A stretch of 64,000 bases of DNA from Oscillibacter sp. CAG:241 (lineage in GTDB: Bacteria > Bacillota > Clostridia > Oscillospirales > Oscillospiraceae). The notes under the pieces are model-generated. The model saw only the letters and a program-made list of their open reading frames with translations, was not told where the DNA came from and did not search any database. The stretch covers positions 12,224 to 76,223 of the forward strand of contig FR884114.1 in the NCBI GenBank assembly GCA_000435975.1. The letters are read 5' to 3'. The translations under genes and the position numbers were made by a program. This document shows positions 57,282-64,000 of this stretch, piece by piece (position 1 is the first letter of the stretch; each line of letters begins with the position of its first letter).

Positions 57282-60233
57282 ATGTCTGAAAAAATGTATC
57301 CCATTCCCTTCCGCTCCCTGATGAACTGGGTGGTCACCGAGTATGCCGGCTGCGGCGACGTGTTCGGCGTCCACAAGCAGTATCACGCCACCGGCAAGAG
57401 CCTGCCGATTTTCGGCGAACGCATCGAAACACCCTTTGGCCCTGCCGCCGGTCCCAACAGCCAGCTGGCTCAGAACATCATCGCCGCCTATGTGGCCGGC
57501 GCCCGGTTCTTCGAGGTGAAAACCGTCCAGAAGATGGACGGTGCGGACCTGGCCGCCTGTGTGCCCCGCCCCTGCATTCTGGCCAACGACGAGGGTTACA
57601 ACCAGGAGTGGTCCACGGAGCTCACCGTGCCCCAGGCCATGGACGAGTATATCAAGGCCTGGTGCGCCCTGAAGGTCCTCAGCAAGGTCTACGGCTTCGG
57701 CGACCCCGACGGGTTCGTGTTCAACATGTCCGTGGGCTACGATCTGGAGGGCATCAAGGGCGAGAAGGTCAACACCTACATCGACGGCATGATGGATGCC
57801 GGCCGCACCGCCATTTTCGGCGAGTGCAAGGAGGTCCTGAAGGAGCTGTTCCCCCAGGAGACCGCCTTCATCGACGCCATCTCCCCCCGGGTGTCCCGCA
57901 GCGTCACCGTCTCCACCCTCCACGGCTGTCCCCCCGACGAGATCGAGCGCATCGCCGGCTATCTGATTTCCGAGAAGCACCTGCACACCTTCGTCAAGTG
58001 CAACCCCACCATCCTGGGCTATGAGACCGCCCGCCGCACCCTGGACGCCATGGGCTATGACTATATTGTGTTCGACGAGCACCACTTCAACGAGGATCTC
58101 CAGTGGGCCGACGCCGTGCCCATGTTTGGGCGGCTTCAGGCTCTGGCCGATGAAAACGGCCTGGAGTTCGGTCTGAAGCTCTCCAACACCTTCCCAGTGG
58201 ACACCACCCGGGGTGAGCTGCCCAACGATGAGATGTACATGTCCGGCCGGAGCCTGTTCCCCCTGACCATTGAGATGTGCCACCGTATCTCCCGGCAGTT
58301 CCAGGGGAAAATGCGGATCTCCTTTGCCGGCGGCGCAGAGTATTTCAACTGCGACAAGCTGTTTGCCGCAGGCATCTGGCCCATCACCGTGGCCACCACC
58401 ATCCTCAAGCCCGGCGGCTACAACCGCCTGCACCAGATGGTGGAGAAGGTGGAGCCCATGGCCTACCGTCCCTTCAGCGGCACGGATACTCAGGCCATCT
58501 GCGAGCTGTCCGCCGCCAGCCATACCGATGTCCACCACGTCAAGCCCATCAAGCCCCTGCCCAGCCGCAAGAGTGAGAAAAGCGTTCCCTGGCTGGACTG
58601 CTTCACCGCCCCCTGTCAGGGCGGCTGCCCCATTGAGCAGGACATTCCCGAGTATATGGAGCTGTGCCGCAAGGGCCTGTACGCCCCGGCCCTGAAGCTC
58701 ATCACCCAGAAGAATCCCCTGCCCTTCCTGACCGGCACCATCTGCGCCCACCGGTGTCAGACCAAGTGCTCCCGGAACTTCTATGACGAGTCCGTCCGCA
58801 TCCGGGACACCAAGCTGCTGGCCGCCGAAAAGGGCTACAACGCTCTGATGGCCTCTATCCGTGTTCCGGAGCGGGTCCCCGGCAAGAAGGCCGCCATCAT
58901 CGGCGGCGGTCCTACCGGTATTGCCGCCGCCTACTTCCTGGGCCGCGCCGGGATTGAAGCCACCATTTTCGAGCGGGAGAGCTGCCTGGGCGGCGTGCCC
59001 CGTCATGTGATTCCCGCCTTCCGCATCGCCAATGAGACCATCGAAAAGGATATCGCCCTGATGGAGAAGTACGGTGTGGACGTCCGCTGCGGCGCACCGG
59101 CCCCCTCGGTGAAGGAGCTGAAGGCCATGGGCTACACCCATATTCTCTTTGCCGTGGGCGCCTGGAAGCCCGGCAAGCTGGATATCCCCGGCGACGTAGC
59201 CGGCGCCATCCAGTGGATGAAGGGCGTCAAGGCCGGGAACATCGCCGTGGGCGGCAGCATTGCCGTCGTCGGCGGCGGCAACACCGCTATGGATGCCGCC
59301 CGTCTGGCCAAGCGCTCCGGCGCCAGGCAGGTAACTCTGGTATATCGCCGGACCCGCAAGTACATGCCCGCCGACGAGCATGAGCTGGCCCTGGCCCTCC
59401 AGGACGGCGTTACCTTCGCCGAGCTGGCCGCTCCTGTGAAGCAGGCAGACGGCATGCTGACCTGTGAAAGGATGGTGCTGGGCCAGGCCGATGCCTCCGG
59501 CCGCCGCAGTCCCGTGGGCAGCGGTGAGTTCTTCGACATTCCCTGCGACCTGGTGATCTCCGCCGTAGGCGAGCAGGTAGACAGCGCCCTGATGGCCGCC
59601 AACGGCATTGAGGTGGACAAGAAGGGCCGTCCCGCCTTCCAGACCAATCTTCCCGGCGTGTATGCCGCCGGTGACGCCGCCCGGGGCCCCGCCACCGTGG
59701 TGGAGGGCATTGCCGACGCCGCCCGCTTCGCCCAGGAGGTCATCGGAACGGCCTATACCTATGACATCCCCCAGCAGGCGTACATTACCAAGACCGACGC
59801 CCAGGCCAAGAAGGGCGTCCTGCAAATGAGCGGCTGCATCTGCCGCGAGGGCGACCGCTGCCTGCAATGCTCCACCGTGTGCGAAAACTGTGTGGACTCC
59901 TGCCCCAACCGGGCCAACGTGGTCATCGCCATGGCCGACGGCAGCCACCAGATCCTCCATGTGGACAAGATGTGCAACGAGTGCGGCAACTGCACCCAGT
60001 TCTGCCCCTACGCCTCCGAGCCCTGCCACGACAAGTTCACCCTGTTCCAGACCGCCGAGGACATGGCCGACTCCCACAATGCCGGCGTCCTGTTCCTGGG
60101 CGGGGACATGGTCCGGGTACGCACCTTCGGTGAGCCCAAGGACTACGACCTGAGCAAGGAAAGCGGACTGCCTGCTGACCTGGAAACGCTCATCGTCACC
60201 ATCCGTGACAAGTACGGGTATCTGTTCGCCTGA
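57282..60233 (+). CDS. YgfK-like Fe-S / FAD-NAD(P) oxidoreductase (putative selenate reductase subunit; dihydropyrimidine-dehydrogenase-like)
   Basis: 983 aa. DPD-like TIM barrel, GGGPTGIAAA and VVGGGNTAMDAA dinucleotide motifs, C-terminal Cys-rich 4Fe-4S region. Confidence 0.85.
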   Translation: MSEKMYPIPFRSLMNWVVTEYAGCGDVFGVHKQYHATGKSLPIFGERIETPFGPAAGPNSQLAQNIIAAYVAGARFFEVKTVQKMDGADLAACVPRPCILANDEGYNQEWSTELTVPQAMDEYIKAWCALKVLSKVYGFGDPDGFVFNMSVGYDLEGIKGEKVNTYIDGMMDAGRTAIFGECKEVLKELFPQETAFIDAISPRVSRSVTVSTLHGCPPDEIERIAGYLISEKHLHTFVKCNPTILGYETARRTLDAMGYDYIVFDEHHFNEDLQWADAVPMFGRLQALADENGLEFGLKLSNTFPVDTTRGELPNDEMYMSGRSLFPLTIEMCHRISRQFQGKMRISFAGGAEYFNCDKLFAAGIWPITVATTILKPGGYNRLHQMVEKVEPMAYRPFSGTDTQAICELSAASHTDVHHVKPIKPLPSRKSEKSVPWLDCFTAPCQGGCPIEQDIPEYMELCRKGLYAPALKLITQKNPLPFLTGTICAHRCQTKCSRNFYDESVRIRDTKLLAAEKGYNALMASIRVPERVPGKKAAIIGGGPTGIAAAYFLGRAGIEATIFERESCLGGVPRHVIPAFRIANETIEKDIALMEKYGVDVRCGAPAPSVKELKAMGYTHILFAVGAWKPGKLDIPGDVAGAIQWMKGVKAGNIAVGGSIAVVGGGNTAMDAARLAKRSGARQVTLVYRRTRKYMPADEHELALALQDGVTFAELAAPVKQADGMLTCERMVLGQADASGRRSPVGSGEFFDIPCDLVISAVGEQVDSALMAANGIEVDKKGRPAFQTNLPGVYAAGDAARGPATVVEGIADAARFAQEVIGTAYTYDIPQQAYITKTDAQAKKGVLQMSGCICREGDRCLQCSTVCENCVDSCPNRANVVIAMADGSHQILHVDKMCNECGNCTQFCPYASEPCHDKFTLFQTAEDMADSHNAGVLFLGGDMVRVRTFGEPKDYDLSKESGLPADLETLIVTIRDKYGYLFA

Positions 60234-60310
60234 TCTCTCCCACTATTCGCAAAAAAGAGCCCCTGCCTTCCTTGAGGGAAAGCAGGGGCTCTTTGCCGTC
60301 CGGGGGTGTT

Positions 60311-61012
60311 TTATTGGTCCGGGTTGGTGGTGAACAGGCCCACCACGTCCTCCAGGGCCAGGCTCAGGGTAATTGCCTGGGCCTTGGTGCTGGGACCCGC
60401 CTGGGCCATGATGGCCTGCATAATGGCGTTTTTCTCGCCGGTGGGGGCCACGATAAAGATCATCTCCCGCTCCTCGGCAATGGACATGCCGAAAAACTTC
60501 CCGGCGTCCTCGGCTCCGGTGCTGCGGGTATGGACAATGGTGCCGCCACGGGCTCCGGCGGACCGGGCCGCCTCCATGACCTTATCGGTATAGCCCTGGT
60601 TGGCAATGGCAACGATCAGCTGATAGGCAGCGTCCTTCATGGTCTCGTCCTCCTCTACGTCGATTTCCGGGACCTTGGAGGGGTCGCCGGAGGTCAGATA
60701 ATTCATGGCGGTTCTGCCGCCGATGCTGCTCAGGGGCAGGCACACGGCGATGCCGCTTCCGGGAGCGGAAAGGTGCATGGTGGAAACCAGCTCCTTCACC
60801 AGGGTATCCTTGCAGGCCGGGGTCACCACGGAGAACAGCACCGCCTTCTCCGTGGCCTCCAGGCCCAGATAGCTCAGCACATCGTCGCTGGCGGTGCCCC
60901 GGCCCAGGGCCGTGAACACCACCGGCGCGCCGAAGGCCCGGTAAAAATCCACAAATCGTCCGGAGCCCACCACCCGGTTGGTGATGGTGATCATCAAATA
61001 CAGTCGTTTCAT
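60311..61012 (-). CDS. P-II-like tandem-domain protein (paralog of 28414-29102)
   Basis: Same two-domain architecture (GYTDKVMEAARSAGARGGT) in high-GC codon usage. Confidence 0.6.
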   Translation of the reverse strand: MKRLYLMITITNRVVGSGRFVDFYRAFGAPVVFTALGRGTASDDVLSYLGLEATEKAVLFSVVTPACKDTLVKELVSTMHLSAPGSGIAVCLPLSSIGGRTAMNYLTSGDPSKVPEIDVEEDETMKDAAYQLIVAIANQGYTDKVMEAARSAGARGGTIVHTRSTGAEDAGKFFGMSIAEEREMIFIVAPTGEKNAIMQAIMAQAGPSTKAQAITLSLALEDVVGLFTTNPDQ

Positions 61013-61023
61013 TCCGTTTCCTC

Positions 61024-62601
61024 CTATGCCAGCTCGATGATCTCTTCCACCTGGGCCACAGCTGCGGGAGCCACGTGCTTGATGCGCCGCTTATAGCTCA
61101 CGCCCAGCAGCTGGATGGTTACCAGGGGCGTCATAGCCACCATGGCCACCACGCCGAAGGCGTCCGTGACCACGTTGCCGCCCACGGCGTCGCAGGCGCC
61201 CATGGCAAAGGGCAGCAGGAACGTGGCCGTCATGGGACCGGAGGCCACGCCGCCGGAGTCGAAGGCGATGGAGGTGAATATTTTCGGCACCACGAAGGAC
61301 AGAGCCAGGCTCAGGGCATAACCCGGCAGCAGGAACCACATGATGGAGATACCCGTCAGCACCCGGATCATGGCCAGGCCCAGCGACACCGCCACGCCCA
61401 GCGACAGGGCCAGGTTCATGGCGCCGGCGGGGATGGAGCCGGCGGTGATCTCCTCCACCTGCCGGTTGAGGATGTGAACGGCGGGCTCCGCCGCCACGAT
61501 GAAATAGCCGATGACCATAGCGATGGGAATCAGCACCCAGTTGCAGTCCAGGGACGCGATGCTGCTGCCCAGGAAATTGCCCACGGCCATAAAGCCCACA
61601 TTGACGCCGGTCAGGAACAGCACCAGGCCCAGATAAGTATACAGGAAGCCCACCGCCATGCTCATGATCTGCCGCCGGTTCAGGCGGCGGGTCAGCAGCT
61701 GGAAGATCAGGAAGAAGCCCGCAATAGGCGCCAGGGACAGGAGAATTTCCTTGAAATATTCCGGCAGCGCATGGGTATAGGACCGGAACATCTCCACTGT
61801 GTCCTGGGCGTCGGGCACCGTCACCGGCGTATAGCTGCTGCCGTCGGGCTTATACAGAAGGCCCAGCAGCAGCACCGTCAGAATGGGGCCGATGGAGCAC
61901 AGCGCCACCAGGCCGAAGCTGTCGCCTCCGGCATGCTTATCGTTTCGGACGGCACTGACGCCCACGCCCAGAGCCATGATAAACGGCACGGTCATGGGGC
62001 CGGTGGTAACGCCGCCGGAGTCAAAGGCGATGGCCCAGAAATCCGGGGACACGAACATGGCCAGGGTGAACACCACTGCATAAAACCCGATGAGCAGGTA
62101 CGACAGCGGGATACCCAGCAGGATACGCAGCAGGGCGATGACCAGGAAAACGCCCACGCCCAGGGCAACGGACCAGATGATGACATTGTTCTCAATAGCG
62201 GGCACCTGGCCGGCCAGGACCTGCAGATCCGGCTCCGCCACGGTGATGATGACGCCGATGAGAAAGCTGATGCCCACGATGACCCACACCTTCTTGGAGC
62301 GGGTGATCTCCTTACCGACGGCTTCGCCCAGGGGGATCATGGACATCTCCGACCCCAGAGAAAACAGGCCCATGCCCACGATCAGCAGCAGACTGCCGAT
62401 CAGAAACGCCATCATCGCGTTGTTGGATACCGGGGTCACGGTGAAGCACAGCAGCAGCACGATGGCCGTGATGGGCAGCACCGAGGTCAGCGACTCCCGC
62501 ATGGGCTTGCGGAAAATCGCCAGAACCTGCCCCTTCTCCCGGTGCTTCCGGCGCAGGCGGGCCTGCTGGGTCAACAGATCAGGTTTCTTGCGTGACAACA
62601 A
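61024..62601 (-). CDS. DUF1538-family membrane protein (paralog of 26888-28411)
   Basis: Same duplicated AFDSGGV..GPMT architecture. TTG start with GAAGGAGG RBS. Confidence 0.75.
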   Translation of the reverse strand: MLSRKKPDLLTQQARLRRKHREKGQVLAIFRKPMRESLTSVLPITAIVLLLCFTVTPVSNNAMMAFLIGSLLLIVGMGLFSLGSEMSMIPLGEAVGKEITRSKKVWVIVGISFLIGVIITVAEPDLQVLAGQVPAIENNVIIWSVALGVGVFLVIALLRILLGIPLSYLLIGFYAVVFTLAMFVSPDFWAIAFDSGGVTTGPMTVPFIMALGVGVSAVRNDKHAGGDSFGLVALCSIGPILTVLLLGLLYKPDGSSYTPVTVPDAQDTVEMFRSYTHALPEYFKEILLSLAPIAGFFLIFQLLTRRLNRRQIMSMAVGFLYTYLGLVLFLTGVNVGFMAVGNFLGSSIASLDCNWVLIPIAMVIGYFIVAAEPAVHILNRQVEEITAGSIPAGAMNLALSLGVAVSLGLAMIRVLTGISIMWFLLPGYALSLALSFVVPKIFTSIAFDSGGVASGPMTATFLLPFAMGACDAVGGNVVTDAFGVVAMVAMTPLVTIQLLGVSYKRRIKHVAPAAVAQVEEIIELA

Positions 62602-62873
62602 ACAATTCCTCCTTCAAAATTCCGGCAATCAAAACGATAGCGTACCTGTCCGGCCTGGCGGGCAGATACGCAAACTCTACCATTAACAAATATAATACCA
62701 TAGCTTCCCATTTTCAGCAAGAAAGAATCTGTAAAAAAAGTGTGAACATCTGACAGGGAAAACTCCTTGTCAGCGGTAGAAAATCCAGAAAAACACTCCT
62801 CTTTTGCATGTTTACTCTCCTGCCGCCACGAAAAAAATTTTGCGTCGTGATGAAAAAATATGAAAAATAGCGG

Positions 62874-62902
62874 TTGACAAATGCCGCGGATGGTGCTAAC
62901 AT
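62874..62902 (+). promoter_or_regulatory. sigma70-type promoter TTGACA-17-TAACAT upstream of Met/Cys-rich leader ORF
   Basis: Consensus -35 box and near-consensus -10 box. Confidence 0.5.
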
Positions 62903-62952
62903 GCACCCATCGATAAGAAACGCCGCCTGTGCGGCGGGAAAGGGAACACGCC

Positions 62953-63063
62953 ATGACGAAGCAGCTCTGCGGCAACAGCATGATGATGACCATGATGCAC
63001 ATGTGCGGCATGTGCATGCTTTGCTGTGGAAAAAATGGTCATTCCCTTTCAGCGCTTGCCTGA
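62953..63063 (+). CDS. 36-codon Met/Cys-rich leader ORF (MTKQLCGNSMMMTMMHMCGMCMLCCGKNGHSLSALA); putative regulatory leader peptide
   Basis: AAGGGA RBS 7 nt upstream of the ATG. 9 Met and 5 Cys in 36 residues. Stop lies 15 nt before a perfect terminator, and metQ follows. Confidence 0.4.
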   Translation: MTKQLCGNSMMMTMMHMCGMCMLCCGKNGHSLSALA

Positions 63064-63078
63064 ATGAATCGTTTGCGG

Positions 63079-63112
63079 CAGCGGAAGGTCAATGACCTTC
63101 CGCTGTTTTTTT
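63079..63112 (+). terminator. intrinsic terminator / attenuator between leader ORF and metQ
   Basis: CAGCGGAAGGTC-aat-GACCTTCCGCTG perfect 12-bp stem followed by T7. Confidence 0.7.
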
Positions 63113-63255
63113 GCTGCATGAAAGGAGCTGAAAAACCATGTGCCTGATGCCGGGCCTCATTACCCTGCTGGACGATCGAATGTGCCCCCGGGCCATCGGA
63201 TGTTCCATACAAGAGAATCAATCAACCAACTTTGACATAAAAAGGAGATAACCAT

Positions 63256-64000
63256 CATGAAAAAGAATTCTGTTCGGCTCACCGCGCTGATCCTGGCGCT
63301 GGTCCTGTCCCTGTCCCTGGTCCTGACGGGCTGCGGCTCCAAGAGCACCTCCCTGAAGATCGCCGTTCCCAACGACACCACCAACGAGGCCCGCGCCCTG
63401 CTGCTGCTGCAGGAAAACGGCATCATCAAGCTGCGCGACGGCGCCGGCATCACCGCCACCAAGAACGACATCGTGGAGAATCCCTACAGCGTGGAGATCG
63501 TAGAGGCCGAGGCCGCCCGTCTGCCCGATATGCTGAAGGACGCCGACTATGCCGTCATCAACTCCAACTACGCCATCAACGCCGGGCTGAACCCCGTGAA
63601 GGACTCCCTGGCCATCGAGGGCTCCTCCTCCGCCTATGCCAACATCCTGGCTGTGAAGGAGGGTAACGAGAATTCCCCCAAGATCCTGGCCCTGAAGGCC
63701 GCGCTGGAGAGCCAGCAGGTGGCCAGCTTCATCGAGAGTAAGTACAGCGGCTCCGTGGTCAGCACCGTGGACCACCCCGGCACCGGCTATGACGATTCCG
63801 TGGACTATGAGGCTCTGAAGGGCCAGACCATCACCGTGGCCGCCTCCCCCACGCCCCACGCCGAGATCCTGGAGGTTGTCAAGGAGATCCTGGCCGCTAA
63901 GGGCATTACCCTGGACGTTCAGGTTTATAACGACTATGTGGTGCCCAACACCGTGGTGGACGACGGCACCGTGGACGCCAACTACTTCCAGCATCTGCCC
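63256..64000 (+). CDS. metQ: MetQ/NlpA-family methionine-binding lipoprotein (5' part; continues past window end)
   Basis: Lipobox LTGC after the signal peptide, then an NlpA-family domain. The sequence PTPHAEILEVVK...DANYFQH near the window end looks like the start of a second NlpA domain. Confidence 0.8.

Noticed and set aside
56925-60077. 1050-aa minus-strand ORF opposite the ygfK-like gene, and the overlapping minus ORFs 54132-55379 and 55409-56812 opposite folC and ssnA
   Set aside because: Gly/Ala/Val-rich low-complexity translations typical of the antisense strand of GC-rich genes. The sense-strand proteins carry conserved enzyme motifs.
61075-62595. 506-aa plus-strand ORF opposite the DUF1538 gene, and 63218-63994 minus ORF opposite metQ
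   Set aside because: Antisense shadows (His/Gly/Asp/Gln-rich). The sense-strand genes have RBSs and recognisable family features.
62571-63095. Overlapping ORFs 62874-63095 (plus, 73 aa) and 62571-63017 (minus, 148 aa) across the leader region
   Set aside because: Neither has RBS support. The 36-codon frame starting at 62953 is the one with an RBS, a promoter at the correct distance and a terminator right after its stop.
1-64000. CRISPR arrays, rRNA genes, additional tRNAs
   Set aside because: No short regularly spaced direct repeats, no rRNA-like conserved stretches and no further cloverleaf candidates were seen. Only the tRNA-Leu at 2548-2633 is supported.

Overview
The window is a 64-kb chromosomal segment from a high-GC Firmicutes (Clostridia-like) genome, judged from RBS usage, gene content and codon style. 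It has three compositional zones. Sampled 60-nt lines suggest about 62-67% GC in the flanks against about 40-58% in the central block, but no whole-window GC or skew was computed.

Zone 1 (1-2640, high GC) holds a PLP-dependent alpha-oxoamine synthase plus an SDR operon, then tRNA-Leu(CAA).

Zone 2 (about 2.7-49.7 kb, lower GC) has two parts.
- Part a (2.8-30.6 kb) is an almost entirely plus-strand block dominated by membrane-lipid genes. It contains a rearranged oleate hydratase, a degV'-'plsY deletion scar, a DAGK-type lipid kinase, pgsA, a frameshifted plsC and cdsA. It also contains a 1413-aa fused HgdC-like activase + dehydratase (candidate plasmalogen synthase), ftsH, a heterodimeric ABC exporter, a CrtO-like acyltransferase, a PAP2 phosphatase, an AI-2E transporter, a PLD/cardiolipin synthase and an alpha/beta hydrolase. 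A DUF1538 + PII-like pair, a Zn peptidase and an orphan OmpR regulator complete the block.
- Part b (30.6-49.7 kb) is a roughly 19-kb integrative element at the 3' end of guaA. It carries an XRE repressor with a repeated operator motif, sigma-like regulators, ParM/ParR-like partition genes, a peptidase-fold protein, a Cys-rich protein, DpnD/PcfM, NAD-ligase LigA, PcfJ and PcfK. It also carries a CHC2-Toprim primase, a possible SSAP, a RecD-like helicase, a YqaJ exonuclease, a 0.9-kb non-coding control region, Xis and a tyrosine integrase with arm-type repeats. No T4SS, relaxase or virion genes are present.

Zone 3 (49.7-64 kb, high GC) contains guaA, xpt and a LysR regulator, then a THF riboswitch in front of folT-folC. 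It continues with an ssnA/IS200-like tnpA/ygfK locus and a second DUF1538 + PII-like pair. It ends with a 36-codon Met/Cys-rich leader ORF followed by a strong terminator in front of metQ (candidate Met-sensing attenuator).

An 18-bp motif GTTTCGTTTCAGTTTAGA recurs upstream of four genes in the lipid block. No CRISPR array or rRNA was found.
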